Source: Bdellovibrionales bacterium
Lineage (GTDB): Bacteria; Bdellovibrionota; Bdellovibrionia; Bdellovibrionales; JAUICD01
Assembly: GCA_965262715.1 (NCBI GenBank)
Contig: OZ253553.1
Span: 416,001-480,000, forward strand
DNA: 64,000 nucleotides
Direction: 5' to 3'
Shown here piece by piece: positions 42,661 to 53,057 of this stretch (positions are counted from its first letter, which is position 1; the number at the start of each line of letters is the position of its first letter). Made by a program: the position numbers and the translations under genes. The notes beneath the pieces were generated by a model. The model saw nothing but the letters and a program-made list of their open reading frames with translations, did not search any database and was not told the origin of the DNA.

Positions 42661-43134
42661 ATGGAAAGAGGCATTAAAAGACCTTTAGAATTTAAAACGC
42701 TGATTGAATCTTTAAGAACAGATAAAGATGATGTGTTAAAAGAATCTCCTTTTAGAACTTATGCAGAGATTATGGCCTTTTCTGCAAGTGTTGGAGCAAA
42801 GCTATCTCCAGAAGGCTTTAAAAATAATTATAAACCTGATGGTGAACCTATAAAATATTATACTTTCAAAAATGAGGGTTTTGATGGAATTATAAATATT
42901 TTAGCAGTGTATAAAACGAATAATTTAAATGTACTGACATCTGAAGGAGAACAAAAAGATAAGAAAATTGCTATCTTTGAGGGGTATGCTTATGCAGGAC
43001 TAAAAAAACTACAGTCTGTTCTTAATCGCCCTGGTATGACCCTTGATAACTTAGTAGAATTTGTGAAAGAACATATAGAAGAGAAGAAAGAAAATCAAAA
43101 AGGAGAGATAGATTTACAATCACTTTTATCTTGA
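42661..43134 (+). CDS. pbeD: DNA phosphorothioation-associated protein 4-like (PbeD-like)
   Basis: FRTYAEIMAFSASVG...IFEGYAYAGL pattern; last gene of the operon. Confidence 0.7.
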   Translation: MERGIKRPLEFKTLIESLRTDKDDVLKESPFRTYAEIMAFSASVGAKLSPEGFKNNYKPDGEPIKYYTFKNEGFDGIINILAVYKTNNLNVLTSEGEQKDKKIAIFEGYAYAGLKKLQSVLNRPGMTLDNLVEFVKEHIEEKKENQKGEIDLQSLLS

Positions 43135-43209
43135 CCTTAGAGCAGAAAAATATCTAATTTTTATTATAATTTTTATAAAAAACTTTTAGTGAAAAAGGGA
43201 ATTTAAAAT

Positions 43210-44499
43210 ATGAGTTTCAAAGGAATTGAAGTGAAAAATCTTTTAATTAATACAGAAAATCCCCGATTTGCTCCTGTTGAAAATCAACAATCTGCTATTG
43301 ATACTATGCTTACAGACAAGAGGTCAAATCTAAAAAACTTAGCCAAAAATATAGCAGAAAAGGGTTTGAACCCTGGAGAGCTGTTATATGTTACAAAGGA
43401 AAACAAAAAATATATTGTTCTTGAAGGTAATCGTAGAGTGACAGCTATAAAATTAATCACTGATCCTCAGCTTGTAAGAAATAACGCAAAGAATAAAAAG
43501 TTTTTTCAGGATTTAAGCAATAAATACATAGATAATTTATCATTGAAATTAAATTGTGTGGTTTTTAATAATAAAAAAGATGCAGAACATTGGGTTAAGC
43601 AAAGACATACTGGCGAGAATAAGGGTATTGGAACGGTTGCATGGAGTACTGAACAACAAGAACGGTATCGATCTCAAGTCACTGGATCACCGTCCAAACT
43701 TGTTCAAGTTCTTGATTTTATAAGAAAACACAATATTAGACATAGTAGTAAAAAAGATACAATTATTCAAAAAGTACTTAGCACTCCTTATGTGCGAAAG
43801 CAAATAGGCATAGACTTCAGAAAGGGAAAACTAATATTAGTTCAAGATGAAAAAAGTGTTGTTAGAAATTTTGAAAAAGTTATAAATAAAATAGATGCTT
43901 CTAATTTTAGTCCTAGAGATACTATTGATTCAAAAGAGAAAAGAAGAATATGGATAGATAACGTTTTAGGAGATCAAACTCCTAAAAAGACATCTAAGGC
44001 AGAAAGAGAAAGAAATAATAAAAAAATAAAGAAACAAACATCGATCAACAATAGAAGTAGAAAAACATTAATCCCTTCAGATTTTATACTTAATATCACT
44101 CAAGAAAGGATTAACTTAATTTATGAGGAATTAAAGTCTTTGGAGATCAAGAAGTATAACAATGCTGTAGCTGTTCTCTTTCGTGTTTTTTTAGAATTAA
44201 GCTTAGATCATTTTATTGATGAGAATAAAGAAAGAATAAAGCTAAGATCAGAAAAAAATACGAGACCACCTACACTTAAGGATAAATTAGAAGGCATTGT
44301 TAAATATATGGAAGAGGAGAAGATTTTAACAAAACATGAGCTAAAACCTATTCGCACAAGTATATCAGATAACGACTCTCTATTCTCTGTTGATACATTT
44401 AATTCTTATGTCCATAATCGAGACCATAATCCCATTACTGAATATTTAGAGAAAACTTGGAGCAATTATAGTAAGTTTATTCCAAAATTATGGGAATAA
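43210..44499 (+). CDS. ParB/Srx-like N-terminal domain protein with HEPN-like C-terminal domain
   Basis: ENPRF and VLEGNRR in the N-terminus; AVLFRVFLE...FNSYVHN in the C-terminus. Confidence 0.65.
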   Translation: MSFKGIEVKNLLINTENPRFAPVENQQSAIDTMLTDKRSNLKNLAKNIAEKGLNPGELLYVTKENKKYIVLEGNRRVTAIKLITDPQLVRNNAKNKKFFQDLSNKYIDNLSLKLNCVVFNNKKDAEHWVKQRHTGENKGIGTVAWSTEQQERYRSQVTGSPSKLVQVLDFIRKHNIRHSSKKDTIIQKVLSTPYVRKQIGIDFRKGKLILVQDEKSVVRNFEKVINKIDASNFSPRDTIDSKEKRRIWIDNVLGDQTPKKTSKAERERNNKKIKKQTSINNRSRKTLIPSDFILNITQERINLIYEELKSLEIKKYNNAVAVLFRVFLELSLDHFIDENKERIKLRSEKNTRPPTLKDKLEGIVKYMEEEKILTKHELKPIRTSISDNDSLFSVDTFNSYVHNRDHNPITEYLEKTWSNYSKFIPKLWE

Positions 44500-44638
44500 C
44501 TCGAAAAATAAAATCAAACCTAGTATGTGTTACATTTTGAAAAACAGATTATTCCTTTTCTAAAGAGATTTTCATTTCCTTTTAGCCTCAAATATCTTTC
44601 CAAATAATTTGAAAATGTTGATTTAATATAAGGTCAAT

Positions 44639-45766
44639 TTAATGAATAAAGTGCTTGAGTTCTTTGGCAATTTGAGAGGCTTCTTTTTGGCTTATGCTAT
44701 AACCAATAGATAATCGAATGGAGGATAAACTCTCTTCATCTGTCAGCCCAATAGCTTTTAAAACATGGCTGGGTTGATAATCATGAGAAGTGCAAGCAGA
44801 GCCATTGCTCAAAGCAAGCTCTTTAAGCCTTAAAAATAAAGCTTCTGACCTCACTCCCTGTATTCTAAAACTTAAAGTAGTGGCAAGCTTGGAGTCTATC
44901 TCTACATTGAATTGAATCAATGGAGATTGTGTTAGCTCTGACTTAATAGAGTTTAAAATAGATAAAAGTTTTTTTTTGTTGACCCTAGAGTGCAGCTTTT
45001 GACAAACCTCTGATGCTTTTGCAAATCCTGCAATTAAAGGAGTGGGGAGTGTACCAGATCTAAGTCCTCCTTCATGTCCTCCACCAAAAATAATAGGACT
45101 TAATGGTTTTCGTGATTTTCTACCATTAATAAAAAGACAACCAATGCCCTTTGGACCATAAATTTTATGAGCCGAAGCTGTATAATAGTCAATACTCTGA
45201 TTCAAGTTTAAAGGGACTTTACAAAATCCTTGAGCTCCATCCACATGAACAAAAGCTCCTGCCTCTTTTGCTAAACTCGCCACATCTTGCACAGGTTGAA
45301 TTGTACCAAGTTCATTGTTGACATGCATTAATGAAACAAGGCCTGTTTTTTCATCTAGAACTTTAGCAAAGTCTTCAGGGCAAACATAACCTGTCTTCTT
45401 TGGCTTTATATAGATGATTTCAAATCCTTCTTCTTGCAAGTGATTTAAAGGGTCTAAGACAGACTTATGTTCAAACTCTGAAGTAATGATTTTTGTCCTG
45501 CCTATTTCTTTAAGGTGTTTTTTAATTCCCAAAATGACTAAATTATTAGCTTCAGTCGCTCCGGAAGTGAAAATAACGTATTTTGACTCTAAGCTAAATA
45601 AAGAAGCTAATTTTGATCTGCACTCAGAGATCACTTTATGGGTTTGTCTGCCTGGTTCGTGAGTTCTTGAAGCTGGATTAGCAAATTTTTCAGAAAAATA
45701 AGGAAGCATTGCATCTAGCACTTCATGATGGACAGGCGTTGTGGCATTGTAATCAAGATAAATCAT
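44639..45766 (-). CDS. dndA: Cysteine desulfurase DndA
   Basis: YLDYNATTP, SAHKIYGPKG and SNGSAC; overlaps dndE. Confidence 0.9.
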   Translation of the reverse strand: MIYLDYNATTPVHHEVLDAMLPYFSEKFANPASRTHEPGRQTHKVISECRSKLASLFSLESKYVIFTSGATEANNLVILGIKKHLKEIGRTKIITSEFEHKSVLDPLNHLQEEGFEIIYIKPKKTGYVCPEDFAKVLDEKTGLVSLMHVNNELGTIQPVQDVASLAKEAGAFVHVDGAQGFCKVPLNLNQSIDYYTASAHKIYGPKGIGCLFINGRKSRKPLSPIIFGGGHEGGLRSGTLPTPLIAGFAKASEVCQKLHSRVNKKKLLSILNSIKSELTQSPLIQFNVEIDSKLATTLSFRIQGVRSEALFLRLKELALSNGSACTSHDYQPSHVLKAIGLTDEESLSSIRLSIGYSISQKEASQIAKELKHFIH

Positions 45767-46158
45767 AAGTTTTGTTCTTTTATGAGATAAAGAATATCTT
45801 CCTGATTTTTAACTCTTGCAGAAAGTGCTATTACACCTCTATTAATGTGAGCCACCATATAAGACGTAATCTCTTTAGAAGTCATCGAGTTTTCTTTTTG
45901 AGAGTTGTTTTTTTTATAAAGTCCTCTCTCCTTCAACATACACATATAAATAGGGTCATATTCACCAAATAGGGTTAAACGATTAAATTCCATACCGTCC
46001 TCTCTGTAGAAATCTTTTTGAGGGGGTCTATCATCTTCAAGAGATAATGCTAAAGCTATTCTGGCAATAGGATAGAGTGATTCTGTTTTAAGACGCATCT
46101 TTAATTGCCTCATCTTATCAGTAGCTTCTTGTGAAACTTTAATTCTATTTGTTATCAT
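45763..46158 (-). CDS. dndE: DNA sulfur modification protein DndE
   Basis: RIKVS, ARIALALSL, GMEFNRLTLFGEY and HINRG; position after dndD. Confidence 0.9.
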   Translation of the reverse strand: MITNRIKVSQEATDKMRQLKMRLKTESLYPIARIALALSLEDDRPPQKDFYREDGMEFNRLTLFGEYDPIYMCMLKERGLYKKNNSQKENSMTSKEITSYMVAHINRGVIALSARVKNQEDILYLIKEQNL

Positions 46159-48173
46159 TGCATACCATCCATAGAAATTTGATCTGGAAAAAGATAGCCT
46201 TTATGAATATTTGAATAGCCCTTTTGAAGATTAAAGTTAATGCTGTAAGAGTGAGAAATATGTTTTTGCATTTTATCAAAGTAACTTTTGTGAATCTCTG
46301 TATCAGTAGAGAGGATAACAACTTGATGACTTGCCTTAGGAAAGAAGTTTTTAATTAGCTGATCTCTATGATGGGCATCTAATCGCCCTAAAGGAGTATC
46401 AATAATCATGGGTAATGCTTTACCTGATGTTTTAGCTAAAGCCCATAAAACAGAAATAGCATAGATTTGTTTTTCTCCAGCAGATAACATATCAACAGGA
46501 ATGACTTTTTGATTCTTGTCAAGCATAGTGACCTCAAAACAAGATGGGTCAATTTTTACACTTTTAATAAATCCTGATTTACCATGAACTTGAGAATAAC
46601 AATCATAGATTGCACCTTCTAATTGTTTTAATTTTTGCTGAGTTAATTCCTTTTCAAACTGAAAGAGCACTTTTTTTATATTGTCAATTCTTGCATAACA
46701 GTCTTTTTGTTCCTTATTTTTTTCAAGGTCATCATGTAATTTTTTTTGTCTTTTAGAAAGCAGCTCAAGTTCTCTTTTATTTTTACCTAATTCTTTATCA
46801 TACAACTGAACTTCTTTTTCTTGTGAACCAAGTATTTGGTTTTGTGTACTGATTTCTTTATGAAGTTGTATTACAGTATCACTTTCAAGAGTGCGCTCTA
46901 TTTGGCTTTCTACTTTCTTAATATGACGACTTAACTTTTCCAATTCCTTAAATAGTTCAACTAATTCATTTTTTTCCTCTTTTGTGTTATTTAACAGATC
47001 AAGACATTGATAAGCAGAACGAACATCTAACTCATATTTAATATCCTCTTTAGAAAAATCAGAAAGCCAAGTACTAGTATAACCAGAGAGTTGATCGGAA
47101 AGAGATTGAGCAATGTTGTGTTTGATTTTAAGCTCTTTCGCAATACGTTTGACAGTTTTGTCTAATTCTATTCTTTTCTTGGCAAGAACATCATTAGAAA
47201 TTTTAATTTCTAAAGCTTGAATTTCTTTTTTAAGTTGAAGTGAAACTTTTTTAATCAAAGAGGGAGCTAACATAAAAGGAATATGACTTTCACACTTATA
47301 TGCCACTGCTTGTCTCGTTTGATCAATTTTTATATTATCTTCTTTTTGATATTCTTTTAATTTATCTCGTTTTTCGTAATATTCTCCTCCCTCCTTTTTT
47401 AGTTTTTCTTCTAGTCGTTTTATATATGATTTTGTAGAGCTTACTTTACTATTTGAAGAGGCATGAGATGACTGGCATTTATCAAACTCTTTTTTAAGAA
47501 CAGATATTTTATTAGAAATATTTTTTAACTCCTTAGAAGTGAGAACCCCTTTAGAGGTTTCTATATGTTTTTTATAGATCATTTGAAGGTCTGTTGAAAG
47601 ACTTGGGATAATTGATAAGTTTAAAAGGGACTTTACAGAATAGGCTAAATTTTGATTTGAGCCTTCAGCAAGGGTTTGAATTTTTTCACCATCAAAGAAG
47701 AACAAATCAATCACACCTTGAGGGATAAGGTCTTCTATAAAATCTTGCCAAAAAGAAGGATCTAAGTTTAAAAGCTGTCCATCTTGTTCGATTGATAGAT
47801 CTTCCTTAATGGAGTGACCTGATAAATACCACTTACGAACAATATTGTATTCATATTCTCTTGACTTTGTAGGATGATCACCTTCTCTGAAAGCTTTGAA
47901 CTTCAGTTGAACAAAAGTCATTTCATCTTTTTTTGTAAACCAATTGATTCGAGACTTGAGGTAAGATAAATATTCTGACGTTGATATCCTTTCATTAAGT
48001 GACTTAGAACCATATAAACATAACTTAATAGCTTCAAATAGAGTTGATTTTCCAGCTCCATTTTTTCCGCCAATGAGTAAAACACTTTTCTTTTGTGTTT
48101 TTGGGGTTAAATCTAAATTATGGCATCCATTATAAATACCAAAGTTTTGTAACTTAATAGCAGATATTAGCAT
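46155..48173 (-). CDS. dndD: DNA sulfur modification protein DndD (SMC-like ATPase)
   Basis: GGKNGAGKST, LFFFDGEKI, LSAGEKQ, IDTPLGRLD, FPKASHQV and STDTEI. Confidence 0.95.
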   Translation of the reverse strand: MLISAIKLQNFGIYNGCHNLDLTPKTQKKSVLLIGGKNGAGKSTLFEAIKLCLYGSKSLNERISTSEYLSYLKSRINWFTKKDEMTFVQLKFKAFREGDHPTKSREYEYNIVRKWYLSGHSIKEDLSIEQDGQLLNLDPSFWQDFIEDLIPQGVIDLFFFDGEKIQTLAEGSNQNLAYSVKSLLNLSIIPSLSTDLQMIYKKHIETSKGVLTSKELKNISNKISVLKKEFDKCQSSHASSNSKVSSTKSYIKRLEEKLKKEGGEYYEKRDKLKEYQKEDNIKIDQTRQAVAYKCESHIPFMLAPSLIKKVSLQLKKEIQALEIKISNDVLAKKRIELDKTVKRIAKELKIKHNIAQSLSDQLSGYTSTWLSDFSKEDIKYELDVRSAYQCLDLLNNTKEEKNELVELFKELEKLSRHIKKVESQIERTLESDTVIQLHKEISTQNQILGSQEKEVQLYDKELGKNKRELELLSKRQKKLHDDLEKNKEQKDCYARIDNIKKVLFQFEKELTQQKLKQLEGAIYDCYSQVHGKSGFIKSVKIDPSCFEVTMLDKNQKVIPVDMLSAGEKQIYAISVLWALAKTSGKALPMIIDTPLGRLDAHHRDQLIKNFFPKASHQVVILSTDTEIHKSYFDKMQKHISHSYSINFNLQKGYSNIHKGYLFPDQISMDGMQ

Positions 48174-48191
48174 TTGTTTCTCTCTTTGGTT

Positions 48192-49703
48192 TTATTTTAA
48201 GAGTTGATAAATTTTATGAGTTTGTATGTTTTCGGTTTTAAGTCTTTTCTTTCGAGACTTTATAATTTCAGATGTCGCTCTCCATTCCTCTGTAATAACA
48301 TTTTCTAGGTCGTGAATGACTTTAGTTCTTCTTTTAAGGCCATCATAGGACCTTGCTGTATCAAGCAGTTTTGCAACGAGTTGCGTAGGCACATTGTTTT
48401 CCTGACATATATGATCAAGTAGACGATAATCTAATCCATTAAATCCACCTCCTTTTATATTTTTAAGAGGATATTCTTTTTGCATAATCTCTTCATAAAT
48501 CTGAGGAACACTATCATCCCAGTCTTGAAGTTCAATTCGCCAAAGCTTTCTGATTTCCTCTAACTCTGCCATTGAGATTAGTTCAAAATATTCTTTTGTA
48601 GTGTTTTTTGCATTGACCTTTTTTTCAGTCAAAAGAAGTTTTTTTAAAAAATCTTTTAAGTATTTAAACTTATAAGGCCCATAAGATAACTGTGAAGAGG
48701 TACGCTCTTTTTCTTTTCGACTGCTCTTTTCATTATTTGTTTTTCGAGTTAACCAGTGAGCTTGTCCAGATCTTCTTTTATGATCTCGATATTTCTTTTT
48801 ACCTTCTGGGGTTTGTGTTTCTGCTAACATATCCCGAAAATCAAGCAGTGGTTCCAACCATCCTTCACCATTTTCTACCATAGCTGTAAGCGCTTTGTCT
48901 TGTTTAACTACAGTGCATGTCCAGCAACCAAAACGGCTATTTCCACAGGAAGCTGTTGAAGTATCTATCACAAGAGGGCATTCTCCTGCATTGGCTGATT
49001 TATAAAGTGACAAAAGAGAGTGATTGTCAAATCCCCAAGGACAGTCATATTGTAATAAGAAAGCCCAAACATCATCTGTTGAAAAGTCTTTGATTGGAGG
49101 ATAAACGTATGCGCCGCTTAGTGTAGAGTGTCTTGAAAGTAATGCATTAGGGTTGTATTTATCCTTATTTTTTTTGAATGTGCTAGCACGAGCAGTAGAC
49201 TCATTTGCTCTTACACCTAGTACCATAATAACTTCACCATACCGTGAAACTTGATCTGCTATAAATTTATTAGCAGGTTTGATCTTCATTCGGTCAGTGC
49301 ACCAACGAAATTGTTGGGATGGGGCAGGATAACCTCTTCCTAATAAATTCACCCAGAAAGTATTTGTAACTTCTGGCTCTACTTTGACTGCTTTAATGGG
49401 CAAGTTATCTTTTTTTGCAGCTTTTTCGATAAGTGCTAAATTGATATCTACATGATTTACAATTGCTGGAGTTTCTACTTTTGTATCTGATGAAAGAACA
49501 TAAACTGTTTTATTAAGTTCCTTCAGTGGCAAGTCAAGTAGAGATAGGTAAATAAGTTGTGTGATAGCTGTAGAATCTTTTCCTCCAGAGTAGCCAATAA
49601 TCCATGGAGTGTTGTTTTTAAGGTATAGATCCTGAATTTCTTGTTTCAAACTGTGAAGTTTTCTTCCTCCAAAACTATTTAAAGATGTTTTTGTTGTTGT
49701 CAT
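48192..49703 (-). CDS. dndC: Phosphorothioation sulfurtransferase DndC (PAPS reductase-like)
   Basis: PWIIGYSGGKDS, GRGYPAP, RWCTDRMKI, ECP...SCGNSRFGCWTCTVV. Confidence 0.96.
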   Translation of the reverse strand: MTTTKTSLNSFGGRKLHSLKQEIQDLYLKNNTPWIIGYSGGKDSTAITQLIYLSLLDLPLKELNKTVYVLSSDTKVETPAIVNHVDINLALIEKAAKKDNLPIKAVKVEPEVTNTFWVNLLGRGYPAPSQQFRWCTDRMKIKPANKFIADQVSRYGEVIMVLGVRANESTARASTFKKNKDKYNPNALLSRHSTLSGAYVYPPIKDFSTDDVWAFLLQYDCPWGFDNHSLLSLYKSANAGECPLVIDTSTASCGNSRFGCWTCTVVKQDKALTAMVENGEGWLEPLLDFRDMLAETQTPEGKKKYRDHKRRSGQAHWLTRKTNNEKSSRKEKERTSSQLSYGPYKFKYLKDFLKKLLLTEKKVNAKNTTKEYFELISMAELEEIRKLWRIELQDWDDSVPQIYEEIMQKEYPLKNIKGGGFNGLDYRLLDHICQENNVPTQLVAKLLDTARSYDGLKRRTKVIHDLENVITEEWRATSEIIKSRKKRLKTENIQTHKIYQLLK

Positions 49704-49760
49704 TTCTATCTAACCTTTTTTAATTTTTAAAACACACAATCTTTAGCAAAACTTATTTTT

Positions 49761-50840
49761 TTAAAGAGTTCTTGTATTTATATACTGTTTATCTTCATTA
49801 GTCAGTGGAATCTTTAACTGTTGTTTGATCACAATCGAAGTACGCTTCACACTATCTGCTGATTTAGATACTCGTCCGTTGATCAGAGCATTTCCCTCCC
49901 AAAGCTTTGTATTTGATCTAGCCCAATCAATGCCACTAAGACCTTTTAGATAGCTCTGCCATTTCTTGGTGTATCTTTTTGTTATATCATAACCTACATT
50001 ACCAATAGCTTGCAGGGCAACCCCATGCCCATGAACATATTCTTCTCTTAACAAAGCTGAAGAAATCTTACGTGCTTTAGCTGCCTTCCACTGGTGCATA
50101 TTTTTTGTCACATGATTCCAGAAAGTTATAGCTTTTTCTCTGTCTAATTCTGTAATAAGATCATCTTTCTTACGGCTATCTAATAAAACTTTTGTTGCGT
50201 TATAGATAGAAGAAAGAGTGAATAGTTTTGTCGAGCGGTTGGAAATAGAGCTTTTTTCTTTCTCAGTTAATCCATTGAAAATATTGTTTTTTTCGATGAT
50301 ATCCCTTGTCAACTGGCTCAAAGGGCTTCGGTGATCATATAAAATACCTATTGATTGAGTTGGACGCACTGCATGCCTATTCAAATCTGCAAAAAGTTGT
50401 TGAGATCGTTTAAGCCCTTCATCAACAAGAAAAACAACAGATATTGACTCGCCGCCCAATTCAGGTATAGTTTTAAGAGCTTCTTCTATTGCTGCCCTGC
50501 GGTGTTGTCCATCGTTTATGATAAATTTACAGTCCATAGATATAGAGAGCATGCCAATATTTGGATTGTCATTATGAGCTTTAAAATCATATTCGGAGTC
50601 AATGGAAGCAGTAATGGATGAGAAGACATAATTTTTTGGATTATAAATCAAATAGTTTGTCATTTCTGGAATACGGGCTTTATTAAGCACTCTCTGAGCA
50701 CGCAATTCGGGTCTTAATTCTTCATCAATAAAAGTAAAGATTTTAGGGACAAGCCGCAGTGGACACATCACAGTGAAATATTCCTTACAAGCCTGTATAC
50801 CCCTAATTGCTGGAAAAGAAAATGCATTTGTGATGGCCAT
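49761..50840 (-). CDS. dndB: DNA sulfur modification regulator DndB
   Basis: FPAIRGIQA, RAQR.LN..R, INDGQHRRAAI and FADLN. Confidence 0.95.
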   Translation of the reverse strand: MAITNAFSFPAIRGIQACKEYFTVMCPLRLVPKIFTFIDEELRPELRAQRVLNKARIPEMTNYLIYNPKNYVFSSITASIDSEYDFKAHNDNPNIGMLSISMDCKFIINDGQHRRAAIEEALKTIPELGGESISVVFLVDEGLKRSQQLFADLNRHAVRPTQSIGILYDHRSPLSQLTRDIIEKNNIFNGLTEKEKSSISNRSTKLFTLSSIYNATKVLLDSRKKDDLITELDREKAITFWNHVTKNMHQWKAAKARKISSALLREEYVHGHGVALQAIGNVGYDITKRYTKKWQSYLKGLSGIDWARSNTKLWEGNALINGRVSKSADSVKRTSIVIKQQLKIPLTNEDKQYINTRTL

Positions 50841-50878
50841 AATTATCCTCCTTTATGATTTGATCTGATTTCACACTG

Positions 50879-50922
50879 TGGAAGTTAAAAAATAAACTTC
50901 CAAAGTAAAAAAATAAACTTCC
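50879..50922. promoter_or_regulatory. Candidate operator upstream of dndB
   Basis: Inverted repeat TGGAAGTT-N8-AACTTCCA, followed by a second aaaaaataaacttcc direct repeat. Confidence 0.45.
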
Positions 50923-51000
50923 TTTATAAGAAGAATAGACAAAATTTAACAAAGTACAATATCGGGAGATGCAGATAAAGTCTTAGGTCTAGGATGGTTT

Positions 51001-51963
51001 TTAATATTCAGATTGAACTAGTTCAAAAGAACTCAGTGGCATTTTTGAAATGCATTCAGATTTAATCATAGATAGAAGTCTTTGCCGATCTACAAATAAG
51101 CAGTTTTCTACCGGTTTTTCTTTAATAAAATCATTATTGTCATTTCTATAAGAGGCAGGTATAAAAAACATATTGATGGGATTATTTGAGAAGGTCATAT
51201 AACGGTTAAAATTAATGGGATGAGCCTCAAGGACTTCTTTTTCAAAATCTTGGCTTTTAGCTTTACATTGTCCAAAAATTACAATACCGCCCTGTTGTCC
51301 ATCAGAAAGTCTTCTAACTCCAACAAGATCAAGTCCTTTGTCACCAGCAGCATGTAGTTTATTAATTTGCTTCTCGTGTGGTTCTTCACCTATAAAGTTT
51401 GCTAATTTTACAAGAGCACCTCTTAAATTTGTATCAAAACAATCTCTCCGGTCATCAGATTGTAGACTGAATAGTTTAAAATCGAAGCCAGGCAGCCATT
51501 CTGCAGTAGCAATCCTGCAGATTTCTTCAAAATTATATGCAAGAGTAAGCCGTGAAGACCGATTCACGTGCTTTAGTCTGCTTGCTATTAAAAGATTGAG
51601 GTATAATTTGTATTCAGGTTTATCTTTCCAATTTTCTTTTAGAATTAATCTACTTTCTTTAAAATCAAATGGATAGTATGTAGACAGTAATGCTGTATTT
51701 ACTCTCATCTGAAAATGAGGCAAAGCTGAGTTCCATATCTTATCAGTTTTTTCTATATCTTTTTCGTCATTATCACTGTTATCTTCATTTTCATCACCAT
51801 TCCCTTCATTTATATTATTTTCGCTTATAATTAATGATTCTATTTCAGATCTTGATAAAAAATCTTCATTACTTAGCAAAAGCCTTAATTCTAATTCATC
51901 TGTCAAAATGTAGGGCTTACGTATTTCAAATTCATTAAAGGAAAGGGAAACTGATATATTCAT
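51001..51963 (-). CDS. Putative PD-(D/E)xK restriction-endonuclease-like protein
   Basis: FEEIC...GDKGLDLVG...FGQCK...DRQRL (Mrr-like D-QxK signature). Confidence 0.65.
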   Translation of the reverse strand: MNISVSLSFNEFEIRKPYILTDELELRLLLSNEDFLSRSEIESLIISENNINEGNGDENEDNSDNDEKDIEKTDKIWNSALPHFQMRVNTALLSTYYPFDFKESRLILKENWKDKPEYKLYLNLLIASRLKHVNRSSRLTLAYNFEEICRIATAEWLPGFDFKLFSLQSDDRRDCFDTNLRGALVKLANFIGEEPHEKQINKLHAAGDKGLDLVGVRRLSDGQQGGIVIFGQCKAKSQDFEKEVLEAHPINFNRYMTFSNNPINMFFIPASYRNDNNDFIKEKPVENCLFVDRQRLLSMIKSECISKMPLSSFELVQSEY

Positions 51964-53057
51964 TAATCATCTATCTTCTTTAGTCTTTCTTCTATTACTT
52001 TTAATCTTTCTTTTATAATTTCAATAACTTCATCAATTTCTTTCTTATTATCTATTACAGATGTTTCTTGTATGTTGTTTTGAGCATCACCTAATATGTT
52101 TTTAGCTTTATACAAATTGCTAACAAACTCTTTTGCAGCTGAGTTCAATATTCTTAAAGCTTCTTTTATGGAGTTAGTTTGTCTTAATTTTTTCACAGCT
52201 TCAGATTCAGTAACAATTTCTGCCAAGTCATTTAAATGCCTAGGATTACCAAGAATTGTACGCCCTTTATCATCTCTTTCGCAGATAACTTTTACGATAA
52301 GTTTTAAATTTTTCATCTTCATTTTATCTGCAAAATCTAATCGAAAGTCATTTGGGATACCAACAAAATCTCTAATATCAAGATTTGATATGGCTCTATA
52401 AAAAACATAAGATTGAAAGGTTTTTTCACTAACTTCGTTTAACTCAAAAAAATCATTATCTTTAACGATATTGTAAATATATAAAGTTAATAAATTTCTT
52501 CTGATATAGTCAGATTTACTTCCTATAGATCGTGTCACACTCAAAACTCTTTCATTTATATCCAATGATTCATCAGTTTTATCGAATAACTTTCTGATAT
52601 ACCTTGCTTTGGCTATAAGATCCCAGCTTTTAACTCCACTAATATGCCTTAAGCCTAGATAAGAAAGCACTTTTCCTCTGTTATCAAATTTAACACATGG
52701 AATTTTTTTAGGCTTATGTTCTGCATCTTCAGCTTTTTTGGCCAAATTTCTAAGATGATATTTTTTAGCTAAGTTAGGATTGTTTAAAACCTTTAAAGCT
52801 GATAGTCTTCTGTTCCCTTCTACAACTGTATATTTCTCAGAATCTTCTTTAGATGGAATGACAATCAGAGGTTCTCCTGCAAAATAGTCGTTTTCACCTA
52901 TTGCTTGAACTAACTCATCAATATCATATTGTTCAATGATGTGTTCAAAGGCTTGTTCTTGATTGCTTACAGCAATATCCTCTGGAAGCCTTGGATTGTC
53001 TAAGTCTAGTAGTAAGTTGTTAATTCTAATTTTTTCAATATTTCGACCATCAGTCAT
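51963..53057 (-). CDS. ParB/Srx-like N-terminal domain protein
   Basis: LDLDNPRL, VVEGNRRLSALK and RHISGVKSW; translationally coupled (TAATG) to the nuclease-like gene. Confidence 0.75.
   Translation of the reverse strand: MTDGRNIEKIRINNLLLDLDNPRLPEDIAVSNQEQAFEHIIEQYDIDELVQAIGENDYFAGEPLIVIPSKEDSEKYTVVEGNRRLSALKVLNNPNLAKKYHLRNLAKKAEDAEHKPKKIPCVKFDNRGKVLSYLGLRHISGVKSWDLIAKARYIRKLFDKTDESLDINERVLSVTRSIGSKSDYIRRNLLTLYIYNIVKDNDFFELNEVSEKTFQSYVFYRAISNLDIRDFVGIPNDFRLDFADKMKMKNLKLIVKVICERDDKGRTILGNPRHLNDLAEIVTESEAVKKLRQTNSIKEALRILNSAAKEFVSNLYKAKNILGDAQNNIQETSVIDNKKEIDEVIEIIKERLKVIEERLKKIDD

Noticed and set aside
38134..43134. dndFGH restriction module
   Set aside because: Domain content (PLD-helicase, SMC ATPase, two small proteins) fits pbeABCD rather than DndFGH.
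44639..45766. Housekeeping iscS
   Set aside because: Overlaps dndE within the dnd operon and has no isc genes nearby.
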